Shown here piece by piece: positions 26,398 to 34,351 of a stretch of 40,095 bases of DNA (the stretch's first letter is position 1; every line of letters starts with the position of its first letter). Location: IMG/VR virus record IMGVR_UViG_2740892121_000006, positions 1-40,095 of that record. One strand, 5' to 3'. Source of the DNA: a virus (taxonomy: Duplodnaviria; Heunggongvirae; Uroviricota; Caudoviricetes). The position numbers and the translations under genes are program-made. The notes under the pieces are model-generated. The model saw only the letters and a program-made list of their open reading frames with translations, was not told the DNA's origin and did not search any database.

Positions 26398-26754
26398 ATG
26401 AACGACCAGCAAATCGAAAAAGAAATCGTTGAGAAAGGCAAAACCGCTCCGCGAGTTACGCCTCAATATATCGAAAGCATCATTCTTGAAGAGCATTTCT
26501 TTACTGCTTATGACGGCATTCGTGCTGCCAATATGGGCGTTGGCGATTCATGGACAGCGCATAAATCTACAGACCTCCTGACTTTCTGCGTATTGGTACT
26601 GAAGAATGGCTTCACCGTCACCGGAGAGAGTGCCTGTGCAAGTCCGGAAAATTTTGATGCAGAAATTGGTCGGAAGATTGCCCGGCAGAATGCTGTAAAC
26701 AAAATCTGGATGCTCGAAGGTTACTTGCTGAAGCAGAAGTTAAGCGAGCAATAA
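26398..26754 (+). CDS. Conserved small phage protein of unknown function (moron)
   Basis: 118 aa, strong SD AAGGTGAG; opposite strand to flanking terminase/portal genes. Confidence 0.5.
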   Translation: MNDQQIEKEIVEKGKTAPRVTPQYIESIILEEHFFTAYDGIRAANMGVGDSWTAHKSTDLLTFCVLVLKNGFTVTGESACASPENFDAEIGRKIARQNAVNKIWMLEGYLLKQKLSEQ

Positions 26755-26844
26755 CACCGTGGCATGTCACAAACAGCAAGCCTATGAACTGGCTTTGTTT
26801 TATCCTCACCAGAAGATATCAACGACATTATCCCCACCAGCGAA

Positions 26845-28320
26845 TTAAGCATAAGGGTCATAATCCGTTATGGCCCTTCCCTGCTGGCTTTGCTGTCCTG
26901 GTATATTTATGCGTTTCGAGACCGGGAAAGCAAACGTCAGCAGTAGCGCATCGCCTTTACCAGGAGAACGCCCAAGACGCTCTTTGATATCTTCCTTCGG
27001 TTCGATAACGATTTTACCGTCCACACGAACTTTGTACTCTGCCGCAGACAGGTCGTCCGCTGTTTCCTGGTCATCCAGCATGCCGCCCAGCCTCAGCCAT
27101 GTCTTGCATGAGTTGAACATCTCCCCACGCTTGTTGAGCATCTGCGGGTCAGTAGACGCACCACCGAACGGAACAAGTTGCCATGTGCGCCCCCAACCAT
27201 CACCGATTGACTTCAGACCGGTACCGTAACCGAAGTCGATGAACACCGCGTCAGCCTGATACTGGTCTTCAAAGTCAGCGATACGCTTCGCCATAATCAG
27301 ATCGTCGGTAGTCTTGTTGCCAGTCCACAGCACCTTACTGTGTAGCCCCTGCCGCAGGTATATCACCGCGTCATCAACGCCTGAATATGCCGGGTCAACA
27401 CCGATTATCACCGGAGCATGCGCCACCTGCGCAGCGGTTACCACCCGTTTCATTGCCTCATCAGTAAGACCGGTAGGGATAAACTGCAATTCAGATGCAT
27501 CAGGGAATATGCCGCGCACACGGATTTTAACGAAGTCGCTGTCTTCCCCGTAGTCATCGACCCATTTCTGCAACTGCTGTTTGTTAGTGCCTTCCACCGT
27601 CCGGCTGTCAATCTGCGCAGTTTTCCAGCGGTGTTTATATTTGCGGAAACATTCGCGGAAACGCCCGGTGTTACGTGTAGGGTTTCCGAACGCCACCCAG
27701 ATAATCTCAGTGTCTTCGTCCGTAAGCGCACCCTCAGCAACTTCCCACACCAGATCCGCAATGTTCGACGCTTCATCGAATACCACGATGATGCGTTTGC
27801 GCTCGTTGTGTAGTCCGGCGAATGCCTCAGTGTTGTGCTCAGACCAGGGGATTGCGTCAGCTCGCCACCGCTTGTCGTGCCCAGGATCATTGCTGTACAT
27901 CGCGGTAGCGGTACAGGTAAACCAGTCTTTCGTGATAGCAAGGTTCGACCACTTGATAATTTCCGGCCAGGTCTTCGTTCGTAGCTGGTTGTCGGTGTTG
28001 GCGGTCACCACGACCTTACAATCCTCGCAAGTGGACATGCCCCAGTTGATCAGCATTGAGATGAATGCGGATTTACCAATACCGTGACCAGAAGCACGTG
28101 CCAGCATAAGCGGCTGATATCGCGTCTCTGGATTCTGCAGGTGATCACGTATCTCTCGGAACGCATCGGCCTGCCACTGACGTGGACCGGTGGCATGTGC
28201 CAGTTCAGTACCCTCTTCCCCCCACGGGAACGCATAGAGGGCATAGCCAAGCGGATCGTGAGTGAACCCTGCAATATCCTCGATTAACTGCTCTTCAGGA
28301 GATAACGCTGTATCTGTCAC
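26845..28320 (-). CDS. Terminase large subunit
   Basis: ATPase motifs (Walker A-like GHGIGKS, Walker B-like VVFDEASN) and C-terminal nuclease-type acidic motifs (IIGVDPAYSG); overlaps terS stop. Confidence 0.85.
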   Translation of the reverse strand: MTDTALSPEEQLIEDIAGFTHDPLGYALYAFPWGEEGTELAHATGPRQWQADAFREIRDHLQNPETRYQPLMLARASGHGIGKSAFISMLINWGMSTCEDCKVVVTANTDNQLRTKTWPEIIKWSNLAITKDWFTCTATAMYSNDPGHDKRWRADAIPWSEHNTEAFAGLHNERKRIIVVFDEASNIADLVWEVAEGALTDEDTEIIWVAFGNPTRNTGRFRECFRKYKHRWKTAQIDSRTVEGTNKQQLQKWVDDYGEDSDFVKIRVRGIFPDASELQFIPTGLTDEAMKRVVTAAQVAHAPVIIGVDPAYSGVDDAVIYLRQGLHSKVLWTGNKTTDDLIMAKRIADFEDQYQADAVFIDFGYGTGLKSIGDGWGRTWQLVPFGGASTDPQMLNKRGEMFNSCKTWLRLGGMLDDQETADDLSAAEYKVRVDGKIVIEPKEDIKERLGRSPGKGDALLLTFAFPVSKRINIPGQQSQQGRAITDYDPYA

Positions 28321-28910
28321 TGATTACCATCCTGACGTTCTTTGAGTCGCTTCCTGGCTGCTGCTATGCGATCAGCAATTGTCACATTCACATTAACATC
28401 CAGGCGTTCTTTGAACGCATTGACGTCGACGTGCTTACCAATCAGTTCGAGGTTCTTCACCTTGTCAGGCCATTTAATTTTTTTGAGAATTGTCTCTATC
28501 GAATCCTCGTTCATGTTCATGATGGTCGATGACAGATCAAAGCCGCTAAGCGTAGTGCGCCAGATTTTCGGCCACTCTCGGATTGGCTTAAGGCTCCCAT
28601 CGTCGTTGAGGATATCAATCACGTCCATCTGGTCGATCTCCACCAGGCGCATGAGAACGTAATCAGCACTGACGCGCATTCGTTTGTTGCGCTCCTCCAT
28701 CAACTCGGCAATCCGTTTTTGAATGCGTTCATCGCGCATCATGACACTGGCTTTAACTGCCGCTGTATTTGGGGAGAATCCTGCGTTAATCGCTGCCTGA
28801 GTCTGGTTTTCAGGCGTTTTGATGTATGACTGACAATAAGCCTCCTGCATTGCTGTTAGTGGCTTAAATTGCGTTGATTTGCGTTTATAGGTTTTAGGTT
28901 CAGCAGGCAT
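28317..28910 (-). CDS. Terminase small subunit
   Basis: LTAMQEAYCQSYIKTPENQTQAAINAGFSPNTAAVKAS matches the terminase small subunit HTH pattern; ATG 28910 with SD GGTGG; track TTG 28991 extension contains a terminator hairpin. Confidence 0.75.
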   Translation of the reverse strand: MPAEPKTYKRKSTQFKPLTAMQEAYCQSYIKTPENQTQAAINAGFSPNTAAVKASVMMRDERIQKRIAELMEERNKRMRVSADYVLMRLVEIDQMDVIDILNDDGSLKPIREWPKIWRTTLSGFDLSSTIMNMNEDSIETILKKIKWPDKVKNLELIGKHVDVNAFKERLDVNVNVTIADRIAAARKRLKERQDGNQ

Positions 28911-28955
28911 CATAACCACCGTGGTAATAGTTACCGTTGTGGTAATAGTACCATG

Positions 28956-28982
28956 CAAAATAAAGCCGCCATAGTTGGCGGC
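28956..28982 (-). terminator. Rho-independent terminator just upstream of terS
   Basis: Minus strand: GCCGCC-AACTAT-GGCGGC followed by TTTATTTTG. Confidence 0.6.
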
Positions 28983-29023
28983 AGTATTCAAAACCCATCA
29001 AATTCATCATGCATAATCTACTC

Positions 29024-29035
29024 GTGACATGTCAC
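29024..29035. repeat. 12-bp perfect palindrome GTGACATGTCAC (copy 2)
   Basis: Overlaps stop codon of gene 29032-29379, about 110 bp upstream of terS start. Confidence 0.5.
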
Positions 29036-29379
29036 ACTATTAATTTCGTTTCATGCCAGCCTTTAGTCACCCAGCATTGCGAGTCACCATTACACGGGCA
29101 TGAATTAACGGGAACTCTCTCGCCGCACTTACCGCAAAGTTTTCTGCTGATCGATTTTATACGCCCGCGCACACGTGCATCATCCTGGCGGATCAGCAGC
29201 GCGATGTACTCGGCCATTTCATAGGGATCGCGACCAGGGCGCCGGGCGGCGCAGTTCCGCGCCAGCATTTCCTGCTCCTGCTTATCCAGCACCAGTTCAA
29301 TTTTGCGCTCACCGGCGGCGGACTGCCGAGCGCGCTGCGCGGCTTTGCGTTCTGCGGGGGATTTAGCCACGAATCGCAC
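29032..29379 (-). CDS. Basic protein with C-terminal Cys-rich zinc-ribbon-like motif; candidate regulator
   Basis: CGKCGERVPVNSCPCNGDSQC motif; Arg/Ala-rich helical N-terminus; last gene before terminator and terS; start GTG 29379 or 29370. Confidence 0.4.
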   Translation of the reverse strand: MRFVAKSPAERKAAQRARQSAAGERKIELVLDKQEQEMLARNCAARRPGRDPYEMAEYIALLIRQDDARVRGRIKSISRKLCGKCGERVPVNSCPCNGDSQCWVTKGWHETKLIV

Positions 29380-29485
29380 TCCACGCCAGATTGATTAATG
29401 ACTCCCAGGTAATATAAACCCGGATACCAGCAGCCAGGCCGAAACCAATCACCATGGCATAAAGCAGAGCGTTGCACTTGTTCAT
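29363..29485 (-). CDS. Unlisted small hydrophobic peptide (40 aa)
   Basis: MNKCNALLYAMVIGFGLAAGIRVYITWESLINLAWSAIRG; ATG overlaps upstream TGA (ATGA) and its end overlaps the next gene start; below the 60-aa cutoff of the ORF track. Confidence 0.3.
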   Translation of the reverse strand: MNKCNALLYAMVIGFGLAAGIRVYITWESLINLAWSAIRG

Positions 29486-30300
29486 CACTTCACCTCATGC
29501 GGCGATTCTGGTAGAAGCATCCAATTGATTACATCGCATTCAGGTATGCTGATATCATCACCAAGCCACCCTTGACCTTCAGACCAGCATTGCACGTAAT
29601 ACCCGTATTCTGTGTTCACTACGCACCACTGCGCGTCGTTCGGCATTCGCTCACTACAGCTTATCCAACCATCCGGAGTTCCCGGAGAATTGCCATTTAC
29701 CAAGTCAGCTCGAACATATAGCGTGTCATCATGGTGCTGATTGTGGCTGCACCACGTTAATTCGCTTAACTCGCCATCTTCTGGCCATACTCCAGCTGTT
29801 TGCAGCCAGATATGGGCTGGCGCATCCTGGCAAGGTGTATTAACTGGCAACTTGTAAGTTTGGCTTACAGGTTCGGCACCATGAAGCATGGCGCCGCTCC
29901 GCTCTATGCCATCCAGCGCGATTCGCAGTGCCTGAATTGTGGTAGAGCTATCGTTTGGGGCTATTCCATATCGCTCGAATACAGCTAAATGGTTGCGCAT
30001 AATCTCAGGCGTAAGCTCTTTGTAAGCATAAGCAAGAGGCTCTGATGCATTATCCAGCACAACCGACGCAGGCGCGGCAGCATAAACAGGAATAACGTCC
30101 GCTTGCTCTTTATTGCTTTCATCCGTTAAAGCCCAGAATAATTTCCCGGCCGGATGTTTGAAAATATAAGCAACTGGATCTGCTTCCAGCGATGCCAGTG
30201 CAATTTCATAAGCACGGCGCTCAATATTGTCTCGAACGTCCAAGCTGCCTATGCGCTCTTTGATTTCTTTAATCATTTCTTTGTCGGTTAAAGTTGTCAT
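29485..30300 (-). CDS. DUF551-like phage protein
   Basis: C-terminal Trp/Cys-rich module (PDGWISCSERMPNDAQWCVV...) recalled as DUF551-type; ATGA coupling with upstream gene. Confidence 0.45.
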   Translation of the reverse strand: MTTLTDKEMIKEIKERIGSLDVRDNIERRAYEIALASLEADPVAYIFKHPAGKLFWALTDESNKEQADVIPVYAAAPASVVLDNASEPLAYAYKELTPEIMRNHLAVFERYGIAPNDSSTTIQALRIALDGIERSGAMLHGAEPVSQTYKLPVNTPCQDAPAHIWLQTAGVWPEDGELSELTWCSHNQHHDDTLYVRADLVNGNSPGTPDGWISCSERMPNDAQWCVVNTEYGYYVQCWSEGQGWLGDDISIPECDVINWMLLPESPHEVK

Positions 30301-30812
30301 GCCGCGTTTCCTTCTTTCTTATTAACAATTACACCGTCATATATTTCATTAAGGTGTCCTCTTAGCTCCATGCGCCTTAATGCAGATAACATGTAATCGC
30401 ATTCAACCTGCTTATTCCCAGTAAATGGCTTATCGTCAGGATTACCCCAACAGCAATTCCCCTTGGGCCATCCATGTACTTTCCGTACTCTTCCGTTAAC
30501 AACGTGAAGTAATCCCCAGCCGGGAGGTAAATCCTCAACTGAAATAATTCCCGGCTCACTAATAAAGAATCGCCAGTCGCCCATTCCAAGAGACGGATTT
30601 TTACGGAAACGCTTTTTTCTATCTGCCAACAAGTCAGCACGAGAACACTTCGCCTCTATCAAGCATGATGCTGAATTTCTGAATCCCATAGCATCTGGCT
30701 GTTCTCCGGTACTGGTTACAGCTATAAAGCGGTCATGAAAGCAAACCTTGAACCCGTTGCGCTTAAGGAACTTGTACGCAATCTGACAGAGTTCGCGGTG
30801 TGTTAACGCCAT
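30297..30812 (-). CDS. Hypothetical protein, possible PD-(D/E)XK-type nuclease motif
   Basis: D...EAK arrangement (GEQPDAMGF...CLIEAKCS); SD GGAGAG upstream. Confidence 0.4.
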   Translation of the reverse strand: MALTHRELCQIAYKFLKRNGFKVCFHDRFIAVTSTGEQPDAMGFRNSASCLIEAKCSRADLLADRKKRFRKNPSLGMGDWRFFISEPGIISVEDLPPGWGLLHVVNGRVRKVHGWPKGNCCWGNPDDKPFTGNKQVECDYMLSALRRMELRGHLNEIYDGVIVNKKEGNAA

Positions 30813-30813
30813 C

Positions 30814-31026
30814 TCACTCTCCTTTAGTGCGCAGATAACAGTGGTTTTTCCAGCGGTTTTGCACCGCGCTACGCTTATCTTTGACTCCCTCTCTGGCTAT
30901 TCCAGAAAATGAGAACAACACCACACGGCGATTGCTAACTCTCAACCACTGGCTGGGGTAGCAAAGTCTGTATACACGGGAAATTAGCATCTTTGCTTTA
31001 CGATTGTTGGTTGCCATATCGTTCAT
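30814..31026 (-). CDS. Small basic hypothetical protein (70 aa)
   Basis: ORF directly upstream of and coupled to 30297-30812; weak coding character. Confidence 0.3.
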   Translation of the reverse strand: MNDMATNNRKAKMLISRVYRLCYPSQWLRVSNRRVVLFSFSGIAREGVKDKRSAVQNRWKNHCYLRTKGE

Positions 31027-31071
31027 CCTTTGATGCGAATGCCAGCGATAATTGAAGCCTGATAGCTAATT

Positions 31072-31523
31072 TTACTCACAGCCCCCCTGATAATTTCCCT
31101 GATAAAACGCCAGCACGCGCTGCATAACTTCGCTCTTCCTGCACTCGCAACAGATTATGTTCTGACGCCTGTCGTAGCGGCGTATTTCTCCGTCTGGTAA
31201 TGACCAGATAAGGTCAGGATCAACCACAACCGGTTTTTTCACCTTTTCCCTTGATAGTTTTTTGCGGGCGTTTTGCCAGTCTTTACGCGCCTGCTCAGAC
31301 GGGAATAATCCGTAGCCTGAATTGTATACATCACCACTGGCAACCAGCTCTCTGGCAAGAACGCTCAGCAGATATCTTGTCGCACCAGTTGCACTTCCAG
31401 TTGCGTTGCCAAATCGCTGATCAGCTTTGCCACACTGCGCATATCAACGGCACCACATTCTGCTTTCAGTTCCGAAGCCATCTCATGCCCGGCGGCAACT
31501 AACCCTTTGATATTACTTTCCAT
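31072..31523 (-). pseudogene. Apparent frameshifted gene (52-aa ORF followed by overlapping 124-codon frame)
   Basis: ATG 31523 with SD GAGGG gives 52 aa ending TGA 31365; a second protein-like frame runs 31443-31072 with no start codon until GTG 31242; no slippery heptamer seen. Confidence 0.35.
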
Positions 31524-31584
31524 CTTTACCCTCGCTTATCCACATAACTTATTGATTACATTGATAACTAAAAAGATCGTCGAT

Positions 31585-31929
31585 TCAGAACTCTTCGATT
31601 TTCCATCCGCCACCTGCTTTCTTTGGCTTAACAGTTACCCCGATGATTCGGAACGGATATTGATCTGCGGCGACTTTGGTTTTCACCCTGGCGTCGTCGG
31701 TCCAGAAACCTTTCACTTCGTGCAGTTCCATCTCTCCGGTGGCGAGCATCACAGCGAAATCTGGCGTATAGAACGTGTTATCAGCTAACCGCAGCTTGAT
31801 ACCCTCGAATCGATACCAGGCGATTTCCCCTGCACGTTTACGCAGCTCAAGGTGCTGGCAATACGCAGATTCTGTTTTGTTCATCTGGCCTGTTTTGAGT
31901 CGACCAAGAGCCTGTATCTGTTTTCTCAT
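31585..31929 (-). CDS. Small phage protein with PD-(D/E)XK-like motif (VRR-NUC/DUF1064-like)
   Basis: YTPDF...ELHEVKG resembles D..E.K nuclease core; SD AGGGG; palindrome site overlaps its RBS. Confidence 0.45.
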   Translation of the reverse strand: MRKQIQALGRLKTGQMNKTESAYCQHLELRKRAGEIAWYRFEGIKLRLADNTFYTPDFAVMLATGEMELHEVKGFWTDDARVKTKVAADQYPFRIIGVTVKPKKAGGGWKIEEF

Positions 31930-31931
31930 GA

Positions 31932-31948
31932 TTTACCCCTGAGGTAAT
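31932..31948. promoter_or_regulatory. 17-bp palindrome (candidate operator)
   Basis: TTTACCCCTGAGGTAAT; overlaps RBS of gene 31585-31929. Confidence 0.4.
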
Positions 31949-31993
31949 TAAAAACCACATAAGACACGAAATCAATAGAGTTTAGAATATTTT

Positions 31994-32010
31994 ATTACCA
32001 AACAGGTAAT
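31994..32010. promoter_or_regulatory. 17-bp palindrome (candidate operator)
   Basis: ATTACCAAACAGGTAAT, perfect arms; 62 bp from the previous site. Confidence 0.45.
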
Positions 32011-32046
32011 TATCAAGACGTAAAAAAATGCGCTATCGCGCTGGTA

Positions 32047-32823
32047 TTACTTGATAAATCCTGCCGCCTTTCCCCGCCTGTATTCCTCCATCAGCCACTG
32101 CGCCGGTGTTATTCCCCCCAGGGTGGCGGCGTTAGGCATACACCCGAAACTTCGCCCTGGTGGATGGTAAACGTCTCTCCCTGTGTCCGGAGGTGTACTC
32201 ATGGGTTCTGGCTTTGCCTGTATGCTGATCACCGGATCGGGTATCTGCTGTCCGGAAGCCACCTTTTTCGCCCAATCATCGAGCAGCCTGCGCGCGTGTT
32301 TCTCAACCTCAATCTCGCTAAGCTGGCGCTGATACATTGCACGGCGGGTATCACATACGACCCAGTACATAACCGGATGTCGCCACGGGAATCTTTCGGG
32401 ACCACCAGGATATAAACTTTTTTCCTTGCTGTACCGGTGAAACTCCGCCATCACATCGTCAATGGTGACGCCAAGAACCATCTTGCTGTCTTTGCACCAC
32501 TTGATGAATTGCCCAGGCGACGGCCAGAACGGAGATTCACTGGCGCGGGCGTGGCGCATACCAGCGTTAACCTGTTCCATTGTTGTGATCCCATTCTCCA
32601 GAAACGCAAGCATCCATTGCTTACGGAATTCATTAAGTTTGTTCTGCTCCCTTATGGTCGAAACGCTTGCAGGAAATGCAGCCTGTAACTGGACAAATAG
32701 TTCATTGAAAATTCTAGCAACCTGCTCCTTTTTGCCATTGCTGTCACGCCGCTCTTCATGCACAGCAACACCATGCTCACGTAAGCGATCGTACTCATTG
32801 AGAAGTTCTGGAGTTGATTTCAT
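32047..32823 (-). CDS. Replication protein P-like (DnaB helicase loader)
   Basis: Clear similarity to lambda P: FPAS..., QWxLAFxENGITTMEQVNAGMRxAR, PFxPSPGQFxxWC. Confidence 0.8.
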   Translation of the reverse strand: MKSTPELLNEYDRLREHGVAVHEERRDSNGKKEQVARIFNELFVQLQAAFPASVSTIREQNKLNEFRKQWMLAFLENGITTMEQVNAGMRHARASESPFWPSPGQFIKWCKDSKMVLGVTIDDVMAEFHRYSKEKSLYPGGPERFPWRHPVMYWVVCDTRRAMYQRQLSEIEVEKHARRLLDDWAKKVASGQQIPDPVISIQAKPEPMSTPPDTGRDVYHPPGRSFGCMPNAATLGGITPAQWLMEEYRRGKAAGFIK

Positions 32824-33625
32824 CCCACACCCCTTCTATCCAGTCAGTGTTATTCCAGTCAAGCTCATCGCTTTTCCCGGCGTTTTTTGATTTTCCCCTG
32901 ATATGATTTACGTGCCTGGCGAATTTTTGTTCCCACTGAACCTGCGTGAACACTTTGCCCTCAGCCATCCAGTAATCCCGGAATGCAGCAAGTTCAGCAG
33001 GTGTAAATTCCGGTTCCGGCAGGGCCGTTCCCCACAGCGCAGCACGCCGTCGAAAATCCGGCGACGGATGCCAGCCATCGGTCATCGGAAATTTCCCGAT
33101 GGGTTCACTCAGGCCATCCAGAAATTCAGGTTCAGCCACCTGCAACGGCATACCGTTCGCTTCACTGGTCGGAGCACCCTCGCGCACGTGCGCTATGTGT
33201 GGGGTTTTATATATATCTTCCTCTTCCTCTTCCTCTGGTAACTCCTTTTGTAACGCTGTTGGCGTTACTTTTTGCGTTACTCGTTTTCGATGCTCTGCCA
33301 CTCTTCTATTCGTAAGTGCACGTTTTTTCGATGATTCTCCATTATGTCGCTCAAAGTTTGGAAGAATTAGTTTGCCGTCATGATAAGCAAGCCATCCGAC
33401 GCTAATGAGGGCGTCAGCAAATCCTGTAATAAAAGCGAGTCTATCAAGTACTCCTTTTGTAACGCTGCCAGCGTTACCGTCTATTGTTTGCTGGTCAGCC
33501 CATGCCCATATACGAACCAGCTTTCCAAGAACAGCATCTGGATCAATACCCAGAATTTCTGCTATCTGAAAAATTTCAGGTTTATCAGGAGTGATAACTT
33601 CAACCTTAATCCAGCTGCTTGCCAT
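32795..33625 (-). CDS. Replication initiation / replisome organiser protein (lambda O functional analogue, not O-like in sequence)
   Basis: Immediately upstream of and overlapping P-like gene; acidic Glu-rich linker; ATG 33625 with SD GAGGGG. Confidence 0.55.
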   Translation of the reverse strand: MASSWIKVEVITPDKPEIFQIAEILGIDPDAVLGKLVRIWAWADQQTIDGNAGSVTKGVLDRLAFITGFADALISVGWLAYHDGKLILPNFERHNGESSKKRALTNRRVAEHRKRVTQKVTPTALQKELPEEEEEEDIYKTPHIAHVREGAPTSEANGMPLQVAEPEFLDGLSEPIGKFPMTDGWHPSPDFRRRAALWGTALPEPEFTPAELAAFRDYWMAEGKVFTQVQWEQKFARHVNHIRGKSKNAGKSDELDWNNTDWIEGVWDEINSRTSQ

Positions 33626-33818
33626 AGGTTTCCCCTCTTGCACTCTTTAGTGCACAAGCAAATTCATTACGATGGCGGTTGGCGCTATTCATTGCACATT
33701 CAACACATGTTCCGTTCAGAACATACCTTTCAGAGAGATGGCCGTGACGGCACCGCTTTCCTGTGAAATAGCGATTTAACCCGGCTTTTGCGGCCTCCAT
33801 TCTGGTTACTATCTTCAA
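33606..33818 (-). CDS. Small zinc-ribbon protein (cII position)
   Basis: CxxH...CxxC arrangement (KRCRHGH...GTCVECA); TTG start with SD GGGG or internal ATG 33800. Confidence 0.4.
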   Translation of the reverse strand: MKIVTRMEAAKAGLNRYFTGKRCRHGHLSERYVLNGTCVECAMNSANRHRNEFACALKSARGETYGKQLD

Positions 33819-33895
33819 TTTTTCCGCCCCTTTTTGTTATTGATATTGGCTATTTTGCACAATTGGAAAATTTGATCAACCAGATTTGGTTTTTT

Positions 33896-33912
33896 ATTAC
33901 CTTTGAGGTACG
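33896..33912. promoter_or_regulatory. 17-bp palindrome (candidate operator), weaker right arm
   Basis: ATTACCTTTGAGGTACG between terminator after cro and next gene. Confidence 0.35.
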
Positions 33913-33917
33913 AATAG

Positions 33918-33944
33918 ATATGAAAAGACCGCCGGGTGGCGGTC
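33918..33944 (-). terminator. tR1-like rho-independent terminator immediately after cro-like gene
   Basis: Minus strand hairpin GACCGCC-ACCC-GGCGGTC followed by TTTTCATAT. Confidence 0.6.
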
Positions 33945-33966
33945 TACAGAGGGTTGTAGCTGGATA

Positions 33967-34197
33967 TCATGAGTAGAAGAAGTATGCCAGTTCTGCTTTT
34001 GAGCGCAGCCATTGTCTTGTTTTACAGGCTTTAAAAAGCCCATTCATCAATACTTTACCTGGCATTTTGCGCTTACCTGTTAAGTGAGTCTGGATATAGT
34101 GACTCGTCGTTCCGGCTTCCTGTGCGAAGGCTTCACGCTCATCCGGAGTAAGTGCAAGCCAGTGCTTTTTGAAATCGAAATGTCCGTTATCGCTCAT
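33967..34197 (-). CDS. Cro-like DNA-binding protein
   Basis: 76 aa, HTH-like segment, divergent from repressor gene across an operator-bearing 154-bp intergenic region. Confidence 0.6.
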   Translation of the reverse strand: MSDNGHFDFKKHWLALTPDEREAFAQEAGTTSHYIQTHLTGKRKMPGKVLMNGLFKACKTRQWLRSKAELAYFFYS

Positions 34198-34243
34198 AGC
34201 TATTGCCTGATATTTATTTCAGATAATAAATATTCACCCATAA

Positions 34244-34297
34244 GGTAACAAAAATCAAGGATAGTTACCCATGAGGTGCATTTACCTGTTGGGTAAT
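34244..34297. promoter_or_regulatory. Operator cluster in the cI-cro intergenic region
   Basis: TTTACCTGTTGGGTAAT (34281-34297) plus inverted half-sites GGTAAC-N14-GTTACC (34244-34269) overlapping a minus-strand TTGATT-N17-GAATAT promoter-like element. Confidence 0.5.
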
Positions 34298-34351
34298 ATT
34301 GCTTTAAATTGAATCATCTACTGATTCATATATGAGGCGATTTTCCAGAAA

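Noticed and set aside
31360-31385. Programmed -1 ribosomal frameshift at the ORF junction
   Set aside because: No X XXY YYZ slippery heptamer or obvious downstream pseudoknot; a mutation or assembly error is more parsimonious.
31251-31788. Plus-strand ORFs 31251-31502 and 31507-31788
   Set aside because: Antisense to the frameshifted gene and to the VRR-NUC-like gene; no translation signals.
33788-33976. Plus-strand ORF 33788-33976
   Set aside because: Spans the tR1-like terminator and a palindrome site; hydrophobic junk translation.
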